From Bacteroidia bacterium (GTDB lineage Bacteria > Bacteroidota > Bacteroidia > Bacteroidales > VadinHA17), in the NCBI GenBank assembly GCA_026391595.1, contig JAPLDY010000152.1, positions 1 through 56,657 of the forward strand: 56,657 nt of DNA, read 5' to 3'. Both the position numbers and the translations under genes were made by a program. Below are positions 1 through 9,117 of this stretch, piece by piece (the first letter of the stretch is position 1; each line of letters opens with the position of its first letter). The notes under the pieces were generated by a model. The model had not been told where the DNA came from, ran no database searches, and was given only the letters and a program-made list of their open reading frames with translations.

Positions 1-1407
1 AAGATCACCATAGATCAGAGGATTTGTGCTTGAGTTAGCTATGTACAACTTGTTACTGCTTGTTTCACCGGCTCCTGCCTGGTAGCCAAGAAAAACATTA
101 TAGTTTCCTGTCCTCATTGCAGCGCCTGCAGATGCTCCGACTATTGTATTGTATGATGCATTTTCAAGAACAGTTCCGGTGAACGAACCTACAAGTGTAT
201 TGTAATTTCCAGCAGGATCTGCCGGATCATTATCCGGACCTCCTCTCCCTGCCTCAGCTCCGAGGAAGGTGTTCCCGCTGCCACCATCAAACCAATATCC
301 GGAGTTGCTTCCGTAAAACGCATTATTGACACCGCTTGTCATTGCATATCCTGAATTGATACCGTAGTAAGAATTATATCCTCCGGAGGTAGTTTTATAT
401 CCGGCACCTATACCTACAAATGTGTTGTACCAGGCCGTTGTATTGCTACCCCCGGCATCCGGACCAAGGAAAACATTACATATTCCTGAAGTGTTTGCAT
501 ATCCTGCATTATATCCCACAAAAAGATTTTTATAACCGTATGTTGAACTAAATCCCGCCTGATAACCTAGAAAAGAGTTATAAAGACCTCCGCTCAAAGG
601 TTTCAGATGAATTCCAGCATCCTGTCCTATAAGATAATTTTCTTTTGTTATGTTGAGGAAATTTCCCAACGGAGTCCCTTTAGAGATATCAAAGCCACCA
701 ACGGCAAATCCTCCTTTTACAGCCTTGGCCGGATTATCATTCACATAGATCCTTGTACTATCAGATGTTACCCTTAAATATTCCTGGTTTCCCTTTGTCC
801 CGTCAAATCCTCCGACTGCAAATCCGCCCTTGACACCTTTTGCATCTCCGTCGCTGACATATATCCTTACTCCCTCACTGTAAACCGCAAAAATTGTTTG
901 TCCTCCTTTGTTTTTTACTTCGAACAACGCTTCGGTGGGATCAGTGACTACTCCTTTTATGTTCAGTTCCGGTAGTACACCGCTTACATTGCCCGCCACA
1001 TAAGCATAAGGCACTGAATATAGCTGAGCATCCCCCATAAGCAGCCATTCTCCTTTAAAATATATTGATGTTCTAAGGTAAAGAGGTTGATTTAGCCAAT
1101 TGATCTCTGTAAAACTGCCCAATGACCCTCCGGATTGTTCCGCCAGCAGATCTCCCACAATCAGTTTGAAAAGACCAAATTTGTCTGTAGTAACTAAATG
1201 TTCCTCTTCCCATAACACATTGAGTGGTGTTATTGTCTGTAGTATTCCTATCCTGATCTTAAGTTCAACATCCGAAAGGATAGTTCCTTCACCATCACGT
1301 GCTATTGCCTGATAATTGAATCCCCGGGGCACCTGGGATATTGCGGCTGTACAAATGGCACTCAATACCATTGTAAACAGGATTCCTTTGAGCAGAACAT
1401 GTTTCAT
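1..1407 (-). CDS. Secreted tail-fibre/adhesin-like glycine-rich repeat protein (runs off the window's left end; absent from the ORF track)
   Basis: Manual translation from ATG at 1407: MKHVLLKGILFTMVLSAICTAAISQVPRGFNYQAIARD...SVPYAYVA..., two KGGFAVGGFD repeats, then many NxFxGxxAG repeats; no stop before base 1. Confidence 0.8.
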   Translation of the reverse strand, partial: MKHVLLKGILFTMVLSAICTAAISQVPRGFNYQAIARDGEGTILSDVELKIRIGILQTITPLNVLWEEEHLVTTDKFGLFKLIVGDLLAEQSGGSLGSFTEINWLNQPLYLRTSIYFKGEWLLMGDAQLYSVPYAYVAGNVSGVLPELNIKGVVTDPTEALFEVKNKGGQTIFAVYSEGVRIYVSDGDAKGVKGGFAVGGFDGTKGNQEYLRVTSDSTRIYVNDNPAKAVKGGFAVGGFDISKGTPLGNFLNITKENYLIGQDAGIHLKPLSGGLYNSFLGYQAGFSSTYGYKNLFVGYNAGYANTSGICNVFLGPDAGGSNTTAWYNTFVGIGAGYKTTSGGYNSYYGINSGYAMTSGVNNAFYGSNSGYWFDGGSGNTFLGAEAGRGGPDNDPADPAGNYNTLVGSFTGTVLENASYNTIVGASAGAAMRTGNYNVFLGYQAGAGETSSNKLYIANSSTNPLIYGDL

Positions 1408-1547
1408 AGGACTGGCATTAAATGAATTAAAAGAAAAAAGATACGGCAAATTTTGAAACAAATCAATATTATTTTGACTAACTGATCAAAATGGGCAATA
1501 AATACTCAATATGCTTACATGGAATAAATAGAAAAAGGACTCAATCT

Positions 1548-1625
1548 GAAGTTAGAACATTTGAACATTCGAATTAAGAATGCAGAACTGCTGTTCTGAT
1601 TTCTTAATTCGTTTGTTCTTCATTC
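1548..1625. repeat. Imperfect hairpin with ~7-nt GAA/TTC periodicity just after the antiporter stop
   Basis: CGAATTAAGAA-TG-CAGAAC-TGCT-GTTCTG-AT-TTCTTAATTCG at 1570-1611; GAA at 1548,1555,1563,1571,1578,1585; TTC at 1594,1601,1608,1616,1623. Confidence 0.65.
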
Positions 1626-3040
1626 TACTTTATTTTTTCAAGATCGAGGTAGCTTACAACTTCTCCTGTTGCCTCCCCTTGCCCGGCCATAGGGCAGCCG
1701 GGAACCGGGCAGTTGATTACCTTATGTTCATTGTTATCGGCAGGCTCCCATCCGAGAAGAAGATAAAGAGTGAAAAAGCCAAGAATGTAAGCCACTGCTA
1801 TATGCCATCCTTTCTTGAGCCAGAGCAAAACATTCCGTCCTTCGGGGAATTTGTTTGTAATCGCAACACCAGCCGAAGAGCCGAACCAGATCATCGATCC
1901 TCCGAATCCTACTGTGTACGCAAGCATCCCCCAGTCATAATGTCCCTGGTCGAGGCAAAGTTTTGTAAGAGGGATGTTATCAAAAACCGATGAAAGGAAC
2001 CCAAGTGCAAAGGCGGTCCCCCATGATGCATTGGGAAGTTCTTCAACAGGCATTAGTGATGCACACGTAACAAGACAAAGAAGGAAAATAGTTCCTTTCA
2101 GGGCTCCGGGCACTTCTTTCCACGGAACCGGTCTTAATAAAACTCCAATGACTATTGCAATCCAGACGCCAAGCGCTGGCATGTCATAGAGAATATTGGA
2201 TATTATGGCACCTGCGAGGATCAGAACAACATTGACCAGCTTCAGCCAGTCGATTCTTACATTCTCAGCTGCCGTTTTCTGTATTCTTTGGAATTTATCC
2301 TGCTGGTGAGCTGCAAACCATGCAAAGAAAAGCAATGCAACAATTGCAGCGACATACCCGTGGAGAACATTGAACGCCGCAACCCCATCGATCCACATCA
2401 TTGTTGTAGTTGTGTCACCAACCACGCTTCCACATCCACCTGCATTGCTTGCTGCTACTATGGCCGCAATATAGCCGATATGAACTTTGTTCTTGAAAAC
2501 AACGAGTGCAATTGTACCTCCGATTAAAGCGGCAGCAATATTATCCAGGAATGATGAAAGAACAAATACAAAGATCAGTAACAGAAAAGGGCCTTTCCAG
2601 TCATCAGGCAGGTACCGCGGAAGTACCTCCGGAACATGTGATTCCTCGAAAATCTTTGAGAGGACCGCAAATCCCAGAAGCAATCCCAGAAGATTGAGAA
2701 TAATTCCCCATTCTCCCTGCCTCAGATCTTTGTCCATAAGTTGTTCACCGAACGGGGTTGTTCCAAACATGTGTTCCCCCAGATTAAAAGCGGGATCGAA
2801 AATGAACTTGAATGTCAGAAGAACAGCAAGACCAATAACTGCCACCCAGAAAGTATGCTTGTGAAACAGGGCTACACCAAGCAATATCAGTCCAAAGATT
2901 ATAAATTCTGCCCTAACGGGTCCAATGGAGGGAATATTTCCATCTGCTGCAAGAAGTGTAACCGGTGACAGGAGTATTAATAAGAAAATGAATAGCCTTT
3001 TGCTGTTGCTTTTCAGTAAAGACATAATGGCATTTTTCAT
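1625..3040 (-). CDS. NhaD/ArsB (ion transporter superfamily) Na+/H+ antiporter or citrate-transporter-like permease
   Basis: 471 aa, many TM segments, SSFLDNIAAA, ASNAGGCGSVVGDTTTTMMW and SSVFDNIP motifs. Confidence 0.8.
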   Translation of the reverse strand: MKNAIMSLLKSNSKRLFIFLLILLSPVTLLAADGNIPSIGPVRAEFIIFGLILLGVALFHKHTFWVAVIGLAVLLTFKFIFDPAFNLGEHMFGTTPFGEQLMDKDLRQGEWGIILNLLGLLLGFAVLSKIFEESHVPEVLPRYLPDDWKGPFLLLIFVFVLSSFLDNIAAALIGGTIALVVFKNKVHIGYIAAIVAASNAGGCGSVVGDTTTTMMWIDGVAAFNVLHGYVAAIVALLFFAWFAAHQQDKFQRIQKTAAENVRIDWLKLVNVVLILAGAIISNILYDMPALGVWIAIVIGVLLRPVPWKEVPGALKGTIFLLCLVTCASLMPVEELPNASWGTAFALGFLSSVFDNIPLTKLCLDQGHYDWGMLAYTVGFGGSMIWFGSSAGVAITNKFPEGRNVLLWLKKGWHIAVAYILGFFTLYLLLGWEPADNNEHKVINCPVPGCPMAGQGEATGEVVSYLDLEKIK

Positions 3041-3190
3041 ATTATCAGGGAACTATGTTTTTTCAGGGCACCAATATAGAAATATTTTTGCGTTGCATTC
3101 ACAGACCTAAATCATCTTTTTAAGCTTTATTTAAAGCTCCGGAATTGATAATTTTGGTGCCCTGGTTTATAGCCTTTGAGGATATTTTTA

Positions 3191-3226
3191 TATTTTTGTG
3201 TGTTTATTTAGATTAAATCTAATTAA
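3191..3226 (+). promoter_or_regulatory. suf promoter -7 element plus palindromic operator (Fur/PerR-like)
   Basis: TATTTTTG (TAnnTTTG) at 3191-3198, then TTATTTAGATT-A-AATCTAATTAA (3204-3226) with a perfect 7-1-7 core. Confidence 0.6.
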
Positions 3227-3247
3227 CAAATATGATCCTTAGAGAGG

Positions 3248-3336
3248 AAATCAATTTTTATTGCCCCGGCCCTAAAGGGTGAAAATTGATTTTCTTTGCT
3301 CCCTTCAGGTTATGGGGCAAACAAAGAAAATCAATT
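3248..3336. repeat. REP-like structured element in the suf leader
   Basis: TTGCCCC(3261-67)/GGGGCAA(3314-20); perfect 15-bp IR 3284-3298/3322-3336; 11-bp IR 3248-3258/3282-3292. Confidence 0.6.
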
Positions 3337-3405
3337 GAAGGAATAACATTATTAATAGCAGTTTGTTATTCTATGAGGCAATATGGAGATTTGAAAGCAA
3401 TATAG

Positions 3406-4854
3406 ATGGAGAAAGATCAGGATAAAATAATAAGTGATGTAACTTCCGGTGATTACAAGTACGGATTCTATACCGATATTGAAACTGATAGGATTACTAA
3501 GGGACTTAATGAAGAGGTCGTCCGTATTATTTCAAAAAAGAAAAATGAACCCGAATGGCTTCTTGAATTCAGACTCAAGGCATTCCGTCACTGGAAAACG
3601 ATGAAGATGCCAGGATGGGCAAACCTTAAGATACCATCAATTGATTACCAGGATATTATATATTATGCTGCTCCAATGCAGAAGATATCTCCTCAAAGTC
3701 TTGATGATATTGACCCTGAACTGAAGAAGACATTTGACAAGCTTGGCATCCCGCTTGAAGAACAGAAACACCTTACAGGAGTTGCCGTTGATGCTGTAAT
3801 GGATAGCGTATCCGTAAAAACAACTTTCAGGGAAACGCTTGCCGAATCAGGTATCATCTTTTGCTCGTTTAGCGATGCAGTGAAAGAGTACCCCGATCTG
3901 GTGAAAAGATATATGGGCACCGTAGTACCTTACACTGATAATTTCTTTGCATCACTTAATTCAGCAGTGTTCAGCGACGGCTCATTCTGTTATATCCCGA
4001 AAGGCGTTCGCTGTCCGATGGAGCTTTCAACATATTTCAGGATAAACTCTGCAAACACCGGCCAGTTTGAACGCACTCTCCTGGTGGCTGACGAAGAAGC
4101 ATATGTGAGTTACCTTGAAGGATGCACGGCACCAAGGAGAGATGAGAACCAGCTTCATGCCGCTATAGTTGAGATAATTGCAGAGAACAATGCCGAGGTA
4201 AAATATTCAACCGTTCAGAATTGGTACCCCGGTGATAAAGATGGCAGGGGAGGGATATTCAATTTTGTGACAAAACGAGGTTTATGCAGAGGTGAAAACT
4301 CCAAGATATCATGGACTCAGGTTGAGACAGGATCGGCAATAACCTGGAAATATCCATCGTGCATTCTCCGCGGCGATAATTCGACAGGTGAATTCTATTC
4401 CGTTGCTGTGACCAATAATTATCAGCAGGCCGATACTGGAACAAAAATGATACATATCGGAAAAAACACAAAAAGCACAATTGTATCAAAGGGAATTTCT
4501 GCAGGGCATGGACAAAACAGCTATCGCGGTCTCGTAAAGGTTTTGAAAAATGCGACAGGTTCAAGGAATTACTCACAGTGCGATTCGCTTTTGCTAGGAG
4601 ATAAATGCGGAGCCCATACATTCCCCTATATCGAAGTTGATAATCAGTCTGCTGTTGTTGAGCACGAAGCAACAACCTCTAAAATCGGGGAGGACCAGAT
4701 CTTTTATTGCAACCAGAGAGGTATATCGACAGAGGACGCGATAGGACTAATCGTCAATGGTTATGCACGGGAGGTGCTGAATAAGCTTCCGATGGAGTTT
4801 GCTGTTGAAGCTCAGAAACTTCTGCAGATCAGCCTCGAAGGAAGCGTTGGATAA
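3406..4854 (+). CDS. sufB: Fe-S cluster assembly scaffold SufB
   Basis: 482 aa; [45 protein letters not shown]. Confidence 0.98.
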   Translation: MEKDQDKIISDVTSGDYKYGFYTDIETDRITKGLNEEVVRIISKKKNEPEWLLEFRLKAFRHWKTMKMPGWANLKIPSIDYQDIIYYAAPMQKISPQSLDDIDPELKKTFDKLGIPLEEQKHLTGVAVDAVMDSVSVKTTFRETLAESGIIFCSFSDAVKEYPDLVKRYMGTVVPYTDNFFASLNSAVFSDGSFCYIPKGVRCPMELSTYFRINSANTGQFERTLLVADEEAYVSYLEGCTAPRRDENQLHAAIVEIIAENNAEVKYSTVQNWYPGDKDGRGGIFNFVTKRGLCRGENSKISWTQVETGSAITWKYPSCILRGDNSTGEFYSVAVTNNYQQADTGTKMIHIGKNTKSTIVSKGISAGHGQNSYRGLVKVLKNATGSRNYSQCDSLLLGDKCGAHTFPYIEVDNQSAVVEHEATTSKIGEDQIFYCNQRGISTEDAIGLIVNGYAREVLNKLPMEFAVEAQKLLQISLEGSVG

Positions 4855-4887
4855 AAGACAAAAGACAAAACACAAAAGATCAAAGAA
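4853..4887 (+). repeat. Heptamer tandem array in the sufB-sufC spacer
   Basis: AAAAGAC AAAAGAC AAAACAC AAAAGAT CAAAGAA. Confidence 0.75.
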
Positions 4888-4894
4888 AGAAATC

Positions 4895-5650
4895 ATGCTT
4901 GTAATTGATAATCTGAAGGCTGAAATTGATGGTAAGAATATCCTTAAGGGCATAAGCCTGCAGGTGAAGGAAGGAGAAGTCCATGCCATCATGGGACCTA
5001 ATGGTTCGGGTAAAAGCACACTCGCAGCAGTGCTTGCCGGAAGGGAATTTGCCAAAGTGACGGAGGGAACCATTACTTACATGGGAAAGAACCTTTTTGA
5101 GATGGCTGCTGAGGAGCGTTCCAGGGCAGGAATATTCCTGGGATTCCAGTATCCGATAGAAATTCCGGGTGTGAGCATGGTCAACTTCATGAAGACAGCC
5201 GTCAACGAACATCGCAAATATAAAGGCCTTGAGCCTCTTTCAGCTTCCGATTTCCTGAAGCTGATGCGGGAGAAAAAAGAGCTTGTTGAGATAGATTCCA
5301 AGCTCGCAAACAGGTCGGTCAACGAGGGATTCAGCGGAGGTGAAAAAAAGAAGAACGAGATCTTCCAGATGGCAATGCTGGAACCAAAGCTGGCAATACT
5401 GGATGAGACAGACTCGGGTCTCGATATCGATGCCCTCAGAATTGTTGCCAACGGAGTAAACAAGCTTAAAAGGCCGGATAACTCGGCAATAGTCATAACT
5501 CATTACCAGAGACTCCTCGATTACATTATTCCGGATGTGGTGCATGTGCTCTACGATGGAAGAATCGTCAAGACTGCAGGCAGGGAGCTGGCACTTGAGC
5601 TTGAAGAAAAAGGATATGAGTGGATACGGAAAGAAGTTGAGGAGTCATGA
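4895..5650 (+). CDS. sufC: Fe-S cluster assembly ATPase SufC
   Basis: GPNGSGKST Walker A, VNEGFSGGEKK, LDETDSGLDIDAL; likely ATG at 4895. Confidence 0.98.
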   Translation: MLVIDNLKAEIDGKNILKGISLQVKEGEVHAIMGPNGSGKSTLAAVLAGREFAKVTEGTITYMGKNLFEMAAEERSRAGIFLGFQYPIEIPGVSMVNFMKTAVNEHRKYKGLEPLSASDFLKLMREKKELVEIDSKLANRSVNEGFSGGEKKKNEIFQMAMLEPKLAILDETDSGLDIDALRIVANGVNKLKRPDNSAIVITHYQRLLDYIIPDVVHVLYDGRIVKTAGRELALELEEKGYEWIRKEVEES

Positions 5651-7005
5651 GCAACCAGGCAGAAAGATCGGAACAGTATCTTAATTTTTATAAGGAAAAC
5701 ATTAAGAGGATATCGGAGAGTTCGTCTCCGTATATAAACTCTTTCCGCGAGGCTGCCATAGAGAAGTTCTGTCAGCTCGGCATCCCGACCAGAAAGAATG
5801 AATCTTACAGATATACCAATCTCGACACCTTTTTTAATCATGATTTTAAGAGTTACTTCCTGCCTTCTGAATCCGATTTTGCGATGGCAGAAGAGTTCAG
5901 ATGCGATGTCACCGACCTCGATGCACATGGTCTGGTTCTTTTAAATGGATTTTATCCTACATTAAACGACAAGCTCCGGCAGCTTCCCGGAGGGATATGG
6001 ATAGGGAGCTTGAACGAAGCATCGAAAAAATTCAGCGACAAGATAGAGAAGCATTACGGAAAATATGTCAACGGAAATTCCGACGGTCTTGTTCATCTCA
6101 ACACAGCAATGGCTTCAGATGGTGTTTTTATATGGGTGCCTGAAGGAGTTGTACTTAAGAAAGCTATACAAATCGTCAATCTTGTTCAGTCTGATCAGGA
6201 TATCTTCAACCAGCACCGGAGCCTTATAATCGTTGAGAAAAATGCTGATGTCACTCTGATCATATGCGACCATACCCTTTCACCCCAGAAGTTTCTTACA
6301 AATGCAGTTACTGAGGTTTATATTGGTGAGAATGCACATTTTGACATTATACGAGTGCAGAACGAACATAACAATGCTGCCAAGATCACACATACCTTCA
6401 TCCATCAGGAGAGGAACAGCAATGCTTCTTCAAATAATATTACACTTCATGGAGGACTTGTACGCAACAGCACACATCATTATCTTGGCGGAGAAGGAGC
6501 AGAGTGTAATTCGTACGGACTCTATCTGGCAGATAAGTTTCAGCATATCGATAATTTTGTGAATGTCGACCATGCCTTCCCGAATTGCACAAGCAATCAG
6601 CTTTTTAAGGGGGTGCTTGATGATATGGCTACCGGAGCATTCAACGGCCGTATATATGTTCATAAGGATGCCCAGGGTACCGTAGCCTACCAGAAGAACA
6701 ACAACATACTTCTCACCGACGATGCCAAAATGGATACCAAACCCCAGCTTGAGATCTATGCCGATGATGTCAAGTGCAGTCATGGGGCAACAGTTGGACA
6801 GCTTGACGATGATGCACTTTTCTATCTCAGATCAAGGGGTATCGATAAGCGCCAGGCACGGCTGATGCTTATGTTCGGATTTGCCCATGAAGTGATACAG
6901 AATATCAAGGTTGAGGCCTTGCAGGAGAGAATGGATAATCTCGTGATGCAGAGACTCAAAGGTGAGTTGTCGCGATGTGCCAGCTGTATGGTTAAATGCG
7001 GTTAA
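5647..7005 (+). CDS. sufD: Fe-S cluster assembly protein SufD
   Basis: KPQLEIYADDVKCSHGATVG, FYLRSRGI; operon position. Confidence 0.97.
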   Translation: MSNQAERSEQYLNFYKENIKRISESSSPYINSFREAAIEKFCQLGIPTRKNESYRYTNLDTFFNHDFKSYFLPSESDFAMAEEFRCDVTDLDAHGLVLLNGFYPTLNDKLRQLPGGIWIGSLNEASKKFSDKIEKHYGKYVNGNSDGLVHLNTAMASDGVFIWVPEGVVLKKAIQIVNLVQSDQDIFNQHRSLIIVEKNADVTLIICDHTLSPQKFLTNAVTEVYIGENAHFDIIRVQNEHNNAAKITHTFIHQERNSNASSNNITLHGGLVRNSTHHYLGGEGAECNSYGLYLADKFQHIDNFVNVDHAFPNCTSNQLFKGVLDDMATGAFNGRIYVHKDAQGTVAYQKNNNILLTDDAKMDTKPQLEIYADDVKCSHGATVGQLDDDALFYLRSRGIDKRQARLMLMFGFAHEVIQNIKVEALQERMDNLVMQRLKGELSRCASCMVKCG

Positions 7006-8234
7006 TTATTCATGAAGTGAAAGATATAACCCACATAAGAGCAGACTTCCCGATACTTAAAACAAAGGTTTACGGGAAACCGCTTGTATATTTCGACAAC
7101 GGAGCAACCACTCAAAAACCTCAATGCGTTATAGATACTGTAAGTGATGTGTTTACATCCTATAATGCAAATATTCACCGCGGTATTCATTCACTAAGTG
7201 ATAAGGCCTCGGAAGAATATGAAAAGGCCAGAGAAAAAGTCAGATCATTCATAAATGCAGGTAAACGGGAAGAAATTGTCTTCACCTCGGGCGCGACCAG
7301 TTCTATAAATGCGGTTGCGTTTTCTTTCGGTGAACGCTTTATTGAAAATGGTGATGAGATAATTATAAGTCATCTTGAACATCATGCCAACATAGTGCCC
7401 TGGCAGATGATGTGCGAAAGGAGAGGCGCGAAGCTTAAAGTAATTCCGATAAATGACAATGGCGAGATCATACTCGGGGAGTACTATAAATTACTATCCT
7501 TCAAAACCAAACTGGTAGCAATAGCACAAGTCTCAAATGCCCTGGGAATAATCCTTCCTGTTAAAGAAATTATTGAAGCTGCTCATTCTGCGAATGTGCC
7601 TGTTCTTGTTGACGGAGCACAGGGTGTTCAGCACGGTGTGACCGATGTCTGTGCATTTGATTGTGATTTTTATGTTTTCTCCGGTCATAAAATATATGGT
7701 CCGACAGGTATTGGCGTTCTCTATGGAAAAGAAAAATGGCTCGCAGAACTGCCTCCTTACCAGGGAGGTGGTGATATGGTTGAGAACGTTACATTTGAAA
7801 AGACCACCTATAATGAGCTTCCTTTTAAATTCGAAGCCGGAACGATGAACTTCCCCGGAGCAATAGGTCTTGGAACCGCATTGGATTATCTGCTTTCGTT
7901 AGGAAGGGAAAATATTGCAGCACGGGAAAAGGAGCTGCTCGACTATGCAACGAATAGATTGTCAGGCATCGAGGGATTGCATATTTATGGGGGATCCCCT
8001 TTTAAAATTTCAACCATCTCATTCCTTCTGAATAACATACACCAGTACGATACCGGCATGATACTCGACAAGCTTGGCATTGCTGTCAGGACCGGCACTC
8101 ACTGTGCCCAGCCGGTGATGGACAGGTTTGGAATCGACGGCACAGTGCGTGCATCAATGTGCTTCTATAATACAATAGAGGAGATCGAATACCTTGGCAC
8201 GGGAATTGAAAAAGTAATTTCCATGTTTTCTTAG
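6996..8234 (+). CDS. sufS: Cysteine desulfurase SufS
   Basis: YFDNGATTQKP, FSGHKIYGPTGIG, RTGTHCAQP; exact start uncertain. Confidence 0.97.
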   Translation: MRLIIHEVKDITHIRADFPILKTKVYGKPLVYFDNGATTQKPQCVIDTVSDVFTSYNANIHRGIHSLSDKASEEYEKAREKVRSFINAGKREEIVFTSGATSSINAVAFSFGERFIENGDEIIISHLEHHANIVPWQMMCERRGAKLKVIPINDNGEIILGEYYKLLSFKTKLVAIAQVSNALGIILPVKEIIEAAHSANVPVLVDGAQGVQHGVTDVCAFDCDFYVFSGHKIYGPTGIGVLYGKEKWLAELPPYQGGGDMVENVTFEKTTYNELPFKFEAGTMNFPGAIGLGTALDYLLSLGRENIAAREKELLDYATNRLSGIEGLHIYGGSPFKISTISFLLNNIHQYDTGMILDKLGIAVRTGTHCAQPVMDRFGIDGTVRASMCFYNTIEEIEYLGTGIEKVISMFS

Positions 8235-8244
8235 ATTGAATTTT

Positions 8245-8670
8245 ATGACAGTCAATCAGGTTCAGGACGCAATAGCAGATGAGTTTTCAGTATTTGATGA
8301 CTGGATGGATAAGTACAATCTTCTCATTGATATGGGGAAAGATCTTCCTGCAATAGATCCCAAATTCAAGATGAAGGATTTTCTCATCGAAGGATGCCAG
8401 TCAAAGGTTTGGCTTCATCCTGAATTCAGGGAAAACAGGGTATTCTTCACTGCTGACAGCGATGCCATAATTACAAAAGGCATTGTAGGACTTCTTATCA
8501 GAGTACTTTCCGGAAGAACGCCTGATGAGATCATTTCCGCTGAACTCTGGTTCATCGACAAAATAGGCTTGAAGCAGAATCTTTCACCTACAAGATCAAA
8601 TGGCCTTCTGTCAATGGTGCGGCAGATGAAACTTTATGCAATGGCATATAAGGCGACAGGCTCCCGATAG
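8245..8670 (+). CDS. sufE: Sulfur acceptor SufE
   Basis: IEGCQSKVW, DSDAIITKG, LSPTRSNGL. Confidence 0.95.
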   Translation: MTVNQVQDAIADEFSVFDDWMDKYNLLIDMGKDLPAIDPKFKMKDFLIEGCQSKVWLHPEFRENRVFFTADSDAIITKGIVGLLIRVLSGRTPDEIISAELWFIDKIGLKQNLSPTRSNGLLSMVRQMKLYAMAYKATGSR

Positions 8671-8763
8671 CTATCGGGAAGGCACCAGACATCAGGAAAT
8701 TCAAATGGTTCCCCTCCCGGGAGAGCCTGTCCCGACGGTACGGCGGGAGGCTAGGGGTGGGTT
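8651..8763. repeat. Cluster of nested palindromes / REP-like remnants between sufE and sufT
   Basis: Perfect 18-bp palindrome TCCCGATAGCTATCGGGA (8662-8679) inside AGGCGAC/AGGCACC/AGACATC heptamers; then TTCCCCTCCCGGGAG...GGGAGGCTAGGGGTGGGTT. Confidence 0.6.
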
Positions 8764-8782
8764 AGATTTAATAAATTCTATT

Positions 8783-9103
8783 ATGGATGCTACAGAACAG
8801 CTTGAAATAGAAACACGGATCATCGGAGTGCTCAAGAGCATATTCGATCCTGAGATACCAGTCAATATCTATGACCTTGGTCTTATTTACAACATCAATA
8901 TCGACGACGATCATATTGTTCATATTACCATGACGCTTACAGCACCAAACTGTCCGATGGCAGAACAGCTCATCGAAGAGGTCAAATATAAAGCAGGGGG
9001 GACGAAGGGTGTGAAAGACATTGACCTGAAGCTTACCTTTACTCCGCGATGGGATAAGAACATGCTTAGCGATGAGGCGAAGCTTGAACTCGGATTCCTT
9101 TAA
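8783..9103 (+). CDS. DUF59/SufT-like Fe-S maturation protein
   Basis: DPEIPVNIYDLGLIY and MTLTAPNCP motifs; ATG at 8783. Confidence 0.93.
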   Translation: MDATEQLEIETRIIGVLKSIFDPEIPVNIYDLGLIYNINIDDDHIVHITMTLTAPNCPMAEQLIEEVKYKAGGTKGVKDIDLKLTFTPRWDKNMLSDEAKLELGFL

Positions 9104-9117
9104 AAACATTCCCTGTT

